Shown here in pieces: positions 35,191 to 47,774 of a stretch of DNA of 64,000 bases. How positions within the stretch are numbered: the first letter of the stretch is position 1; every line of letters begins with the position of its first letter. The notes under the pieces were generated by a model. The model ran no database searches. It saw nothing but the letters and a program-made list of their open reading frames with translations, and was not told the origin of the DNA. A program made the translations under genes and the position numbers. Origin of the DNA: Macrostomum lignano (taxonomy: Eukaryota); NCBI GenBank assembly GCA_002269645.1, contig NIVC01003248.1, positions 11,161-75,160 on the forward strand, given 5' to 3'.

Positions 35191-36990
35191 ATGGATTTCA
35201 TACGCTTGTCCGTCTTGCCGACAGATCTCCTACTTCAAGCCACCAATGAGGAATTCAAAGAGGAGTCCGAGACGACGCTTCCAGGCCGAAGGGTGTCGAA
35301 TCTCAGCACAGGCTCGAACGATGATGCAACAGTTGTTCATCGGGTTTGTTCCAGCCGGTGTGTGGAGATAATGCCCCTCCTGATTAACTCCAGCTTCAAG
35401 TCTAAGTACTGGACCTTCAAGACAGTCGCCATGCCAGACTGCTACGTATTCTCGCACAGGAGTTCGCGTTGCATCATCCTGGAAGTGGTTACCCGATTCC
35501 CGGAATCGCAGACTGAGAACCTGCACTCGTACAAGTTTTCCGCGCACCCATTGTTCGAGGACAAAGTGAGCACCTACACTAGGTGGAAAGGAAAGGACAC
35601 GCCAAATCAAAACCTGGTTCGCTCCAGGACTTGGGATGTGGCACTGAATGTAGTGATGAAGATTGAGGCCGTGCCAGCTCCGTTTAACAAGTACCGTTAC
35701 CTGCTGAAGCGTGAGTCGGAAATCCTGCAGTTTATGTGGGACAAGTACCTGGACTCCGGCGCCGACATCGATGAAATGACGGGGATTCCTATGCTCTTCG
35801 AATACCAGGAGGTGCCGAACGACACTTTCTATGTGACAACAAGCTCTAACCAAGTCGACGAGATTGACCAGTTCGGCAAGATGAAGCCGATCAGCTTCCC
35901 GCCTGCCTCAGACCAGCGAACGACCCTGTCGTACATGACGATGGAGAAGTTGGGGCCCAATCTCAGCTACTTGCAGCGGCTCGTCAAGGCCGCTCAAGCA
36001 CCGCCGTATACATTCGATTTGTGGACAGCAGCAAAGATATTTGACCAGCTCATTTGCCGCATCCTGCAGGTGCACAAGTCAGGCGTCGTGCACAATGACA
36101 TCTCGCCGGAAAACATCTACATGGGAAACGGAGTCGCATTCGACGTGGTCTACCTGAACAACTACAAGCGCTCGTACATCGTGGCCGAGGGAGATAAAAA
36201 AGGTCCGTCCGGCTTGGCCTCCTCGTCCATCGGCTGCAACGTCCGGTTTGCCTCGGTAGGCCAGCTGAGTGGGTCGGTATACAACATGAGCCCCATTGAC
36301 GATATTGAGTCGGCATTCTACGTGTTGCTGGCCATGCTGAGCGGCGACTCTCTGCCTTGGGACGGCGTGCTGCGCTTAAAGCGAACTTCGGAGTATTCGC
36401 TACGCGGCGCTTCGTCCAACTCCAATGCTCGAGTGAACAACACAGTCACTGAGGAACAAAAGATGCAGATCCTGCCAACCCGAATCTCTAACGAGACTCT
36501 GAGAAAGGTGATGAATTTCAAAAATCGATTTTGGCAGTCATCTCAGCTTGTTAACCTTGTCCTGTCCAACTGTCACTGCCTGTTTTCGGGTGACGCAAAG
36601 CAGGCGTCGAGTGTCGCGATGTTCATTACAGATTTGTACCTCCGGGTGCGGGACTGGCGACAGAACTTCAAGTCCTGCGACGACTACTATCAATACTCCA
36701 AGAAGCTCAACCGCTCATCCAGCGAGGAGTTCCGCCAGTTCATGGAGCTGCGCAAATGCGCGCTAGTTTACTTCGAGTTTTCCGAAACTTTTGACATACT
36801 CAACGACATCACTTTCCGCAAGAAGGTGGACCAGCTCAAGAATGACTCGGTTACCCAGCAGCCATGGAACGCTTTCGTGTGGTGCTTCAATAATATTGAA
36901 ATCACGACGCAGAGCAAGAGGTCCGTCTCGTTTGTCTCCTCGGTTGCGCAAGGCTTCCGGAGAAAGTCAGTTGCGCCCACCAGCAGGTGA
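35191..36990 (+). CDS. Intronless casein kinase 1-family-like protein, predicted pseudokinase (599 aa)
   Basis: GCCATGG start. VVMKIE, MEKLGPNLSYL, FDLWTAAKIFDQLICRI, HNDISPEN, GCNVRFASVG and SPIDDIESAFYVL...LPWDG align to CK1 subdomains. Confidence 0.85.
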   Translation: MDFIRLSVLPTDLLLQATNEEFKEESETTLPGRRVSNLSTGSNDDATVVHRVCSSRCVEIMPLLINSSFKSKYWTFKTVAMPDCYVFSHRSSRCIILEVVTRFPESQTENLHSYKFSAHPLFEDKVSTYTRWKGKDTPNQNLVRSRTWDVALNVVMKIEAVPAPFNKYRYLLKRESEILQFMWDKYLDSGADIDEMTGIPMLFEYQEVPNDTFYVTTSSNQVDEIDQFGKMKPISFPPASDQRTTLSYMTMEKLGPNLSYLQRLVKAAQAPPYTFDLWTAAKIFDQLICRILQVHKSGVVHNDISPENIYMGNGVAFDVVYLNNYKRSYIVAEGDKKGPSGLASSSIGCNVRFASVGQLSGSVYNMSPIDDIESAFYVLLAMLSGDSLPWDGVLRLKRTSEYSLRGASSNSNARVNNTVTEEQKMQILPTRISNETLRKVMNFKNRFWQSSQLVNLVLSNCHCLFSGDAKQASSVAMFITDLYLRVRDWRQNFKSCDDYYQYSKKLNRSSSEEFRQFMELRKCALVYFEFSETFDILNDITFRKKVDQLKNDSVTQQPWNAFVWCFNNIEITTQSKRSVSFVSSVAQGFRRKSVAPTSR

Positions 36991-38005
36991 TCACTAATTG
37001 CTGCAACTACTTCTGAGTCTTCACAATGTACCGGGGGTATGAAAACAATTGACGCACCGTGTATGCTAATATAATAAACAGCATACCTGTCTCTGTACTC
37101 TGGCCGTACGCTACCTACATTAATTATTTTATTCTGTTACTAACCAGTAAGCGCAAACCATGAAATGTATTCCTACTGAAATCGCAATAAACTACTGACT
37201 GCAAGTGTAAAACAGCGCAGCGAATCTGCAATGCAGCCACTGCGCGGGTATTCGAGTACAAATAATTAATCTTTAAGCCTTGAAATCTACTCTCTATAGT
37301 TTTTAGCAGTATGGTTTCTATATATTAGAAAACGGCATTCGTTGTATTTCACTCAGCGGAGGCTGGAAGCATCAGAGCCGATCTCGCAGTTGAAAGCCGG
37401 CCGTTCATAGAAAATAAAATAGAGAATCGGTGCTCAGTGTGCTCAAGAAAAGTCGCCGCAATGCACGGGAAAAATAAAATCAAGAGTATCCATCTCTATA
37501 AACTGATAGAAAATCTCGCGGCATAAATTAGGCACGTAAGCAGACATTCGAACAAGGAAAATCCCTGGCGAAGGAAAGCGGCGGCCAGGAAAGCAATGGA
37601 CTGCGAATAGCGCGTGCTGGTTGCCAGGGCTGAGAGCAGCGAGCGCGGAAGACTAACAGAGTCGCTGTGCTTTGAAGGTGAGCAGTGGACAACGGGTCTA
37701 CCAAGAGAACTCTTAGAATAACAATAAAAGGGCATCAAACCAAAGAGTTTGGTCAGGTGCAGATATCGGGCTCAGAAATTATTACTGCAACACAGAACGT
37801 TTCCATGTTTTAAAATCCCTACAAGGCAATATAAAAGCTTTTATCTTTACGACGCAAAAGTACTCGTAAGTTCCAATTTTCAGAGAATTCTCAAAGTCAA
37901 ATCAAAATCTGATTTTGATTTTTCAGTCTCGAAATTGCTGCAACTTTCAGTCAGCTGCTCTTGCAGGCGGCCAGTGGGCAGGCGCCCCACTCGCCATTAG
38001 CGGCG

Positions 38006-41000
38006 TCAAAGGGTGGCGTGGCACAGGGCGATCTTGTCGAAGGTCACAAATGTGCCTTGGTTCTGCTTGCTGCAATTGAGTTGAGTTTGGGTTTCAGTGC
38101 CAATTGCAAAACAGCTTAAAAAAAGAAAGCAAAAAGTGCCGAAATTTCCTGCTGCCTCACCACTGGAAATACCGCCGCCCGTCGAACACTCCGTCGTGCT
38201 TCCCGGCCAGCCCGTCCGCCAGCTCCACGCCAACGTAGGTGCCCTGCCGGCCGTGCAGACTGCCGACATATCGGACGCGGCCGCGGGTCAGGCGGCCTCG
38301 ACTGCCGCAGAACTCAACAAGATCGCCTTGGCGGAGGTCTGACTCACTGCGAGGCGCAAAGGTTCGCGGCTGGCGTTGCTGGTGCGCCGGTGGCGCCTGT
38401 GGCAAGGACGGAGGCACCGTCGAGGACCAAACTGGACGTCGCGGTTGTACCGGTGGCGGCAGCGGGCTGGAAGCTGTCCCATCGACATCGCGATCGTCGT
38501 TCCGTCCCAGGATGTCATCGACGGCGTCATCGACATCGTCGTCAAAGTCTGTGCGCGGTGGTCGTCGCCGATTATTGCGCCGTCCAGGTGTCGTTCGACG
38601 AGGTTGCGGATCCTCGGCCAGTGAGGCGACGTCGTCGCTCTCAATGTCGTCCAAATCCAGTCGACGGCGTCGGCCAAGAGTTGATAAAGGAGGTGGTGGA
38701 GGCAACGGCGGCGGCTCCAGGATCCGGTAGCTTGGCTGTCGGTGGCCTGCGCGAATCCTCGGAGTCAGCGGCGGATCTGGGGAGTTTTGATGCTTGAGTA
38801 GTTATGCATCATAGCTACTCGTGGCCAGTAGAAACAAACAAATAAAATTATATAACTCCTATATAAGGTTAGGAAGCGCAATATTTACTGCAGAAAATAA
38901 TTCGTTCCCTGTAACAATGTAACAATAACGTTCCCTGAACACTGCCACAGAATATACATATTCTGTGATTCACTGGTCTTAATTTATACCCGGAATTAGT
39001 AGCAGAAAATACTGGTACAGATGTAATACGATAGTCGATTTTTTTATAATGAATAAAAATATCCTTTGGGTATCATCAAAATTGGTTCTCAAACGAGAGC
39101 TGTGAGTCGAGCCTGTGTCCAACATGCCCATTGGATGTTCAACTCGACTGTACAAGCCAGGCTCTCACCATAGTCGCTGCGATGAGAAGTCAGCCCGGAC
39201 AGAAAGGTACGCTGCAGGTTCACTTCATCTTTGAGTCGAAGATTCTCCCGTTGAAGCTCATCGGAGCGAATTCGCGTTAGCTCCAGCTCGCGGCGCAGCT
39301 CGTCTAGCTCGACCTGCAGGTGGGCGCACTGGTCGTGGCCTCGGTGCCGCAGTCGGTTCAACTGCGGGTCACGTGGGTGTCAGGGAAAACAGCTAAATGT
39401 TGAGAGGTGAATGACTAGCTTGTACGAGTACGGGCAGAGATGCTGGTGGAGGAGGGGGCTTTTCGAAGCGCAACCGGTGGTTAACTGAATCGCATGAACC
39501 GACCAGCTGAATAGGACGAAGGGAGAACAGGGAATTGAACAGTCATTGATCAGTGAGGCCAAGCATGCAGGGTTCAGCAATCAAGCAAAATGGCACCTCG
39601 TTCCGGAGCACCCGATTCTCCACCACAAGCTCGTCGACGGTGGCCTGCAGCCGTGCATCGCTTGGCGGCTCCCAGGCTGGAGGTGGGGGCGGCGGTGGTC
39701 CGCTGTAGTCGGGGTTGGCACGCAGGCTCTGATTGGCGTCGCTCAGGTTCAGCACCTGTGCCTCCAGATCGGCTGGATGCAAGGAGCGCCGGGATGGGAA
39801 AAGAAAATTATAATATGAGCTACGAAGTAGCAAAGTAAGAGAGAATTGTTTGGGGAACTCGGTAATAGAGTAGCTACTCACCAATTCTGCGATGCAAGGC
39901 GTCTGGTGAGATGAATGGCGGATCAGCTGCAGGTGGTGGCGGCGCTTCCTCTGCTGGAGGCTGCAAATAATCAGAGTTTTCGTTACTTTATACGCCTTAA
40001 CTTGCACAAAATTTTAACTTTTAACTTACGTCTTCAACCGGGGGATCTTTAGAAGAGCTGGCCTTGCTTTTCCGACTGCTGCTCTTTTTGCTGCAGCTAC
40101 TTCTGCTACTAGCACTGCTACTGCTGCTGCTGCTGGACTTCGCAGATCTGCGAGAACTTAACTCTGCCTTCGCATCGACCTCATCCAACCCAGCAGACTT
40201 TTCTTGCTTGCCAAGGTTTTCACCTGCTATCTGTGCTACAATGGATTCCTCATCAACAACTGATGGTGCTTTCGATGGCGTCTTCTGACCTTCGTCTACA
40301 ACTGATGGAGGCCTCGATGACGTCTTCTGACCTTCGTCGACAACTGATGGAGGCTTCGATGGCGTCTTCTGACCATCGTCTACAACTGATGGAGGCTTCG
40401 ATGGCGTCTTCTGACCTTCGTCTACAACGGACGGTGGGTTTGATGGCGTCTTCTGTCCTACGTCTACAACTGATGGAGGCTTCGATGGCGTCTTCTGACC
40501 TTCGTCGACAACTGATGGAGGCTTCGATGGCGTCTTCTGTCCTTCGTTGACAACTGATGGAGGCTTCGATGGCGTCTTCTGACCATCGTCTACAACGGAC
40601 GGTGGGTTTGATGGCGTCTTCTGTCCTACGTCTACAACTGATGGAGGCTTCGATGGCGTCTTCTGACCTTCGTCGACAACTGATGGAGGCTTCGATGGCG
40701 TCTTCTGTCCTTCGTTGACAACTGATGGAGGCTTCGATGGCGTCTTCTGACCATCGTCTACAACTGATGGAGGCTTCGATGGCGTCTTCTGACCTTCGTC
40801 TACAACTGATGGAGGCTTTGATGGCGTCTTCTGTCCTACGTCTACAACTGATGGAGGCTTCGATGGCGTCTTCTGACCATCGTCTACAACTGATGGAGGC
40901 TTTGATGGCGTCTTCTGACCTTCATCTACAACTGACGGTGGGTTTGATGGCGTCTTCTGACCATCGTCAACAACTGATGGAGGCTTCGATGGCGTCTTCT

Positions 41001-42297
41001 GACCATCGTCTACAACTGATGGAGGCTTCGATGGCGTCTTCTGACCTTCGTCTACAACTGATGGAGGCTTTGATGGCGTCTTCTGTCCTACGTCTACAAC
41101 TGATGGAGGCTTCGATGGCGTCTTCTGACCATCGTCTACAACTGATGGAGGCTTTGATGGCGTCTTCTGACCTTCATCTACAACTGACGGTGGGTTTGAT
41201 GGCGTCTTCTGACCATCGTCAACAACTGATGGAGGCTTCGATGGCGTCTTCTGACCATCGTCTACAACTGATGGAGGCTTTGATGGCGTCTTCTGTCCTT
41301 CGTCGACAACTGATGGAGGCTTTGATGGCGTCTTCTGACCTTCATCTACAACTGACGGTGGGTTTGATGGCGTCTTCTGACCTTCGTCGACAACTGACGG
41401 AGACTTCGATGGCGTCTTCTGACCGTCTACAACTGATGGAGGCTTCGATGGCGTCTTCTGATCTTTGTCTACAACTGATGGAGGCTTCGATGGCGTCTTC
41501 TGACCTTCGTCGACAACTGACGGAGACTTCGATGGCGTCTTCTGACCGTCTACAACTGATGGAGGCTTCGATGGCGTCTTCTGACCTTCGTCTACAACTG
41601 ATGGAGGCTTCGATGGCGTCTTCTGACCTTCGTCTACAACTGATGGAGGCTTCGATGGCGTCTTCTGACCATCGTCTACAACTGATGGAGGCTTCGATGG
41701 CGTCTTCTGACCATCGTCTACAACTGATGGAGGCTTTGATGGCGTCTTCTGACCTTCATCTACAACTGACGGTGGGTTTGATGGCGTCTTCTGACCATCG
41801 TCAACAACTGACGGTGGGTTTGAAGGCGTCTTCTGACCATCGTCAACAACTGACGGTGGGTTTGATGGCGTCTTCTGACCATCGTCAACAACTGATGGAG
41901 GCTTTGATGGCGTCTTCTGACCATCGTCAACAACTGATGGAGGCTTCGATGGCGTCTTCTGACCATCGTCTACAACTGATGGAGGCTTTGATGGCGTCTT
42001 CTGACCTTCATCTACAACTGACGGTGGGTTTGATGGCGTCTTCTGACCATCGTCAACAACTGACGGTGGGTTTGATGGCGTCTTCTGACCTTCATCCACA
42101 AGTGATAGAGGCTTTACGGGTGTTCTAAGGCCCTCGTCGATAGCGGACCCCTTTGGAGAAATATTTTCTCGCTGGCTGTCAATGTCAGTAGCTCTACCAC
42201 TGACTATGTGCAGCAGTGGTGGATCAGCTTCAATCCTGAAGTTTTCATCTTCTGAATTCCCTTGGTCTTCACCGAACTGTTGATCTTGAAAATCCAT
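38006..42297 (-). CDS. Repeat-rich coiled-coil protein with a C-terminal CAP-Gly domain; exons 42297-40030, 39960-39882, 39772-39597, 39361-39169, 38776-38161, 38069-38006 (~1131 aa; may have upstream exons)
   Basis: CAP-Gly GRVRYVG...YVGVEL...GKHDGVFDGRRYFQCKQNQGTFV. Coiled coils LHRRIADLEAQV and LQVELDELRRELE. All five introns are phase-compatible and total 3396 nt. The ATG at 42297 is directly preceded by an AG acceptor. Confidence 0.85.
40255..42110 (-). repeat. Coding 42-bp minisatellite, ~44 x (E/D)GQKTPS(K/N)PPSVVD
   Basis: 42-bp period with in-frame 39-bp variants, inside the ORF 40021-42297. Confidence 0.95.
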
Positions 42298-44061
42298 CTA
42301 ATCGGAAAACATTCTGTAATTTTAAAGAATAAGTTCATATCTCTGGTCATTTACGAAAGTGGGTTCGGGATACTTTGTGTTAGTGATTTTAGATTAAATC
42401 AAACGCAAAAAAAATTTCTGACTCTAAAGTATTCCTAAAAATCCTAAAGTATTTTTGAGCTAGATGGAAACACATGCTTTAAAAAGGTCCATAAATATAT
42501 TGAATTTGTACTTATTAATACTTATACTATATGCATACACAGTAAATACCATATAATTTACTAAAAATTACTAAGTTACATTGTTTTTAGACTTTTGGCA
42601 TTAAGAAATTTTTCAATAAAGTTTCTAACTATTGATAAGTTTTATTCATAAGCCTTGATACTTCGTGTTGTCATAAATGATCCTCATATTTTTGGTACCA
42701 GTTATTTGCAATAAATATACTTATAATTTCAAATGAAAGTAATGATAGAATTACAATAAGAAATAATTTAAAATTCTTAATTTAAATTTTGTTTTTAACT
42801 TCTTTTTAAAATAAAGTATACAGAGTTTTTATTGAGAAACAGAAAAGAATTGTACTGATGTTTGTTGCTATGAAAATTCTATTCACAATAACAGCGTGCT
42901 GTTGAAGCAAATTAAAAAACTCTTCATCGACATTTAATTCTAACTTGTACCAGAGTCCTCAAATTATTTATTAGGACTAGGCAATAGGCAGTCTATAATA
43001 TTTTATCAGAGTATATTGTAAGCCGACAGGGCGAATCCCGAAAATTATATGGCCAACGGGCTCAAATTATAGAGCAAAATTACGTATTGGCAGGGTTAAA
43101 ATGTATGATTCGATTTCTTTAGCCATTGCTGAGGGGACCACAGCCCCTTGCCCACCTCCTGGATCTTCGCAGAGTTGCGTGATAAATGTTATAGTCACAC
43201 AACTATTGAAAGTTGATAAATCTAAAATAAAATGTTTTAAACTCTGAACTCACAGAATCACTGAGCAAACGCTACGCATCCATAGCAACAAAAAAGCTAT
43301 AAAAGTTTTACCCTATAACCATTAAAAGTAAACTATTATTTTTAAAATTCAGGTGGTAAAATACTAAAACACTTTTTATAACATCTGGAATTGTAATGTG
43401 TTTGTTAAACCAAAGTAAATGTTAAAACTTAACGATTTACCATCTGAGCTATTATGTCCGCTTAATTTAGTCTTATGAATTCGTGGTCACCATTCGTCCA
43501 TAATAAACTTTTATTATGTCCATTTTATGCTCTCTGTGTTCATTCATTCAGTTTTTAAAGAAATCTTGTTATTTCTTACACAATAATTTAAGCTACAATT
43601 TTTTAAAAATGTTTTAAGCTGTCACATACAGTAGGACTCGGGGGCTCATTAGCTCTCATTGGACTCATTGATCTTATTAGGCTCATTGGGCTCAGCAGCT
43701 CGAGACAAATCCAAGGACTATTAAGCATACGCGCCATAAACGACATTTAATAAGTACATGTATAGTCCGTGGACCATGCAATTACTTTGAAGGCTTGCGG
43801 AATTCTATTGCCTCGATCAGAATTGCCTCAAATTTAATGCTAGCTTATTACTTTACTCTGGCCTCGTCTCACCGTACTCCATGGCTTTGCCTCTTTATGC
43901 TACCTATTCTGGGGAACTTCTAAGCCATTTAGGTAGTTTGGTACATTTTTGTACAATGGTAGATGCACTATAGCTTTGTTAGCGACAGTTTTTCCGTAAA
44001 ATCATATACTGTATAACGACTACTGTATAACACAATTTTAAGTCCCCATTTATTTTGTTGT

Positions 44062-44149
44062 CTAGCGGGCAAAAGCAAGAGGTGTCTCGTTTATTGACCG
44101 AGGCGAAGCCGAGGTCAATGATCGAGACACCGAGTGCTTTTGGCCCTAG
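44062..44149. mobile_element. Palindromic mini-element / hairpin centred on CCGAGGCGAAGCCGAGG
   Basis: Nested inverted arms CTAG..GGGC-AAAAGCA..GGTGTCTCG..ATTGACC / GGTCAAT..CGAGACACC..TGCTTTT-GGCCC-TAG. Confidence 0.7.
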
Positions 44150-44772
44150 ACAGCTAAATAAGTGGGGAATATGATATGTATATCCCCCGTTCGGTATGTT
44201 GGCTGCTAGCTGTTTGTCTATGGTTGTTGTCTCGAATTTATCAGCCCGTGGGGCAGCGGGAAATAAATGATTTATTCACCTAGGGAAATAAATGAAAACA
44301 TGCGTCACATAGACACTCGCCCGGGGCAAAAGGGGGATACATCCTCGCGCAGCCCTCGTATTTGTGCCGTTTTGGCCCTAGGAAGCATAGACATATTTCT
44401 ATTGTGTCATACTTCGCGGGCCGCATCACTTCATTTCGGCCCGCTCCTAGATGCAGGGCTAAGCAGAGTATGCAGTTTTCGATATACCATCTTTACCATA
44501 GACTATAATCCAGGGCCGAATCATTGATTCTGCCCGCAGCGTGGCTGAGCGCAAAAACTGGGGTGGGAGCTTCGCCCGCACATTTTAACCATAGAGAAAA
44601 TCAACCAGAGTCTGACTGCAGTTAAGTAGTGGATATCAGAATTCTTTTCATTCTGAATTTAACTTTTTTTGTCAAACTGCTGAGCTAGAAAAAAATGATC
44701 AATTTGTCAAGAATTGCGACTGGAGATATCTCCGGACTTGACACTCTATGGATGAAATCAAGGCTGTACACG

Positions 44773-46535
44773 CCTCCCCTGAAGAGAGAATTCGGTCGAT
44801 ACAATATGCCCTGAAAACTACTGATTTCCCATGAATCCATGACCCAGCAGAAGTCCAAAAAAGCAATCCTAGAAATCCTATCGAATTGTCTGCACAGTGT
44901 ACAGGTATGCAAAATATTACAGTGACTTTAGTTGATATCGGTATAGAATGAAACTAATCCATTCTGCCAGAGCCTCAGAAGTTGGCCTTTCATGGCTGAG
45001 TATCGCCTCAGGCCAATCGCACGGAATCGAACCAACTATACATGCATACATTTTTCGCAAGAGGCAGCTGCTCAGCCTCTCAATTGCTTCATCAGTTGTT
45101 TATTATTAAAGTGCAGCCGAGCTCTGGCAGCCCGTCTCTATTCTGTCCAGCTCTCGGCCGCAGCAATTCGCTGCATTTTGCATTCCTGCCACCTGCAGCC
45201 AGCAGCAACAGACAGGCTTGAGCACGCACTGAATGGTCTGAGAGCCATCGAATTATGATATGCGAGCATGGTCACAATGGCTTTTTAAGACAAAACGCAG
45301 TCGAGCTGTAGGCAGCGGGTGGTTAGAGAGGCCAGCTTAACCTCTCTGTATCTCTGCTCGCTCGCTATTCTCAGGCCAGCTCACCGCTCTGTCAGCCTCC
45401 CTGCAGTTTGGCAGACTCCGGGGCAACCAGCAGTGCTGTACTCGGTCTGTTTTGAGTAGTGAGCTGAATGGAGCTGCATTCTAGCTAGACTTATTTATTA
45501 TCTCAGGCAGGAGTTGCGGGGGTTGGGTGGTTCGAGAGGCCAGTATGGGGTGATTGCGAACTCGAGTAGTTTTCTCTTTGCGGGCTTTTATGACGCCAGA
45601 CTGTCGCACTGCGAGTGCTGAGCTGGGTGGGGCCGTTCCAGATGAAGCTTGGAGATTCATTTAGCGATGAGGCTGCCGAGATGACCAGCGCAAAGCTGAG
45701 CTGTCTGAGGCTGCAGTGGCAGCTGCTCCCGAAAGAGTTGCAGCCCCAGCCTTGCACAATGGAGACTCTGCATTGTGCTTTAGCACCCTGCCTGCCCCCT
45801 CACTGCACCTTCGCTTCTGTGCTCAGAGATGACGGGCGGAGGCTGGGCTGCCAGCCAGCTGCATTTTTTTGATAGTTTAGCGCTTTCTCGAAGCATGAGA
45901 AAACAAGCGTTTATTGAGCGGAGTCTGCATGATCTGAGCTGGGATCTGATAGAGAACAAAGAAGCTGAGCTGGGATCTTATGGAGAGTAGAGAAGCTGAG
46001 CTTTCGAGTTGACAAATCTCAGCAGTGAAATGCTAAAGTGCCGGTCACCAAGTGCAAAATGCAATAAAAAAGCCAGGCAGCCGCAGTGCACAGATAAACC
46101 GTGTGAAATCCAAAATCAGCCTATATGTGAGTCCCGCACTGTCCTGGGCAGGCCGAGAGCTGGACAGAACAGAGACGGGCCGCCAGAGCTCGGCTGCACT
46201 TTAATAATAAACAACTGATGAAGCAATTGAGAGGCTGAGCAGCTGCCTCTTGCGAAAAATGTATGCATGTATAGTTGGTTCGATTCCGTGCGATTGGCCT
46301 GAGGCGATACTCAGCCATGAAAGGCCAACTTCTGAGGCTCTGGCAGAATGGATTAGTTTCATTCTATACCGATATCAACTAAAGTCACTGTAATATTTTG
46401 CATACCTGTACACTGCAGACAATGCGATAGGATTTCTAGGATTGCTTTTTTGGACTTCTGCTGGGTCATGGATTCATGGGAAATCAGTAGTTTTCAGGGC
46501 ATATTGTATCGACCGAATTCTCTCTTCAGGGGAGG
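44773..46535. mobile_element. 1.76-kb foldback-like element with ~385-bp near-identical inverted arms (44773-45159 / 46151-46535)
   Basis: The arms are reverse complements with only a few substitutions and a 2-bp indel. Mirrored ORFs 44992+ and 46318- encode the same peptide. No clear TSD. Confidence 0.88.
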
Positions 46536-46610
46536 TCAGTGTTCAGTTGTTTTTGTAGTGTGCTAAGTTATAGATTATAGCATCACTCTAAAGAAACCGA
46601 TTTTTTGTAG

Positions 46611-46837
46611 GTCATCGCCGCGATGAATCCGTCAATCGATACACCAAGCGCATCTCTGAGAAGAGAGCTGAGATCCAGGTTTCTCGCAGTCTCACGGAAG
46701 CATCGCACTCAGAGTCGAAGATGTCGAAGGTGGTTTCAATGGAGCACCGCCAGACGGAGTACAATGAGCCTGGCCCGTCGCGCAACCCAATAACTACTCT
46801 GGGGAAGGATGGAGCTAAAATCAGCTTCTTCTTGTAA
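46611..46837 (+). mobile_element. Crypton-like tyrosine-recombinase C-terminal exon, fragment A
   Basis: After the acceptor TTTTTTGTAG: GHRRDESVNRYTKRISE...SFFL*, matching the YR box II pattern GH-x-S...Y. Confidence 0.6.
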
Positions 46838-47304
46838 AAGAGGCAAGCGGTGAATGGAAGTAAGATGTGAACCTGTAACGGACAATGAATTTTTCTAGCA
46901 ATGTATGTGACAATTACATTTAATGGTTATCTGTTACAGCTTTTAATTATACGTTAATTACGAGTACATATGTTATACTCAATCGTTCTGGCAAAAGTTT
47001 GGCCATAGACTAGCCTCACATCTTCATTTCGGCCTGCGATGTGGACATAATAAATCTAGACACAATTCTCCATAATCCGCTATTCCTACCCTAATTTGCA
47101 AGGGCGGGCAGAAACGCCATTTCCTGCCCGGTCTATGGTAACTCCATACCATTTGAGTGTGAATCTTTTCGAATTTTTATTTCCTTTCCGCTGCCGATGT
47201 CTGTGATAAAAATCACGAGTTAATGCTTCGTCTATGTCTCAAGTTTACTGTAATTTCAGTTTTCTCTGCTAAATATCTTGAATTTTATTAAAATAGAAAT
47301 ACTA

Positions 47305-47625
47305 TCTGTCCAAGTTTCTGTCCAAGACATTCAGGCTGTAACTGGACACAAGCGCGCCGAGTCTGTAGTACAACGTTACACAAAGAGGATCAGTTCCGAG
47401 AAGAAGCAGAAGCTATCCAATTGTCTCAGTGAGTGTCTTCAACCGGAAAATCGCATTGATAGTGTTCAGATCTTCGATGCTCCGGCCACGGTTCCGACTG
47501 TCAGTGTCAATCCGGGATCTCCCAACGTGTCAGGAGGTGCGACGGCGACGGATGCTTTAACTGGCCAGCCTCGACAGTTGGTTGGGCCTTTTAATAATTG
47601 TACCTTCAATTTTTATTATAAGTGA
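47305..47625 (+). mobile_element. Crypton-like tyrosine-recombinase C-terminal fragment B
   Basis: DIQAVTGHKRAESVVQRYTKRISSEKK...FNNCTFNF*: box II His/Tyr plus the FxNCTFN tail typical of Crypton-type YRs. Confidence 0.7.
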
Positions 47626-47774
47626 GTGATTGAGCAGACATTTGCAGGTGAGTCATTACTCACGCAAGACTATTTTTGTTAGCAATTTGTTCACTATTTA
47701 AATGGAAATTTAAAAACTGCACCATCCTAACGTACTGAATAGCTAATCTCGTAAGTTTTTCGCACTATATTCTC

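Noticed and set aside
40233-42128. Plus-strand MEASMASSDLRLQL ORFs
   Set aside because: These are antisense shadows of the coding 42-bp repeat of the CAP-Gly gene.
46215-46265. CUGAUGA-stem-GAAA hammerhead-like core inside the long inverted arms
   Set aside because: Helix II can form, but I could not build helix I together with a valid NUH site in type I or type III topology.
46277-46290. GGTTCGATTCC B-box suggesting a tRNA
   Set aside because: There is no proper T-stem, acceptor stem or A-box; not a tRNA gene.
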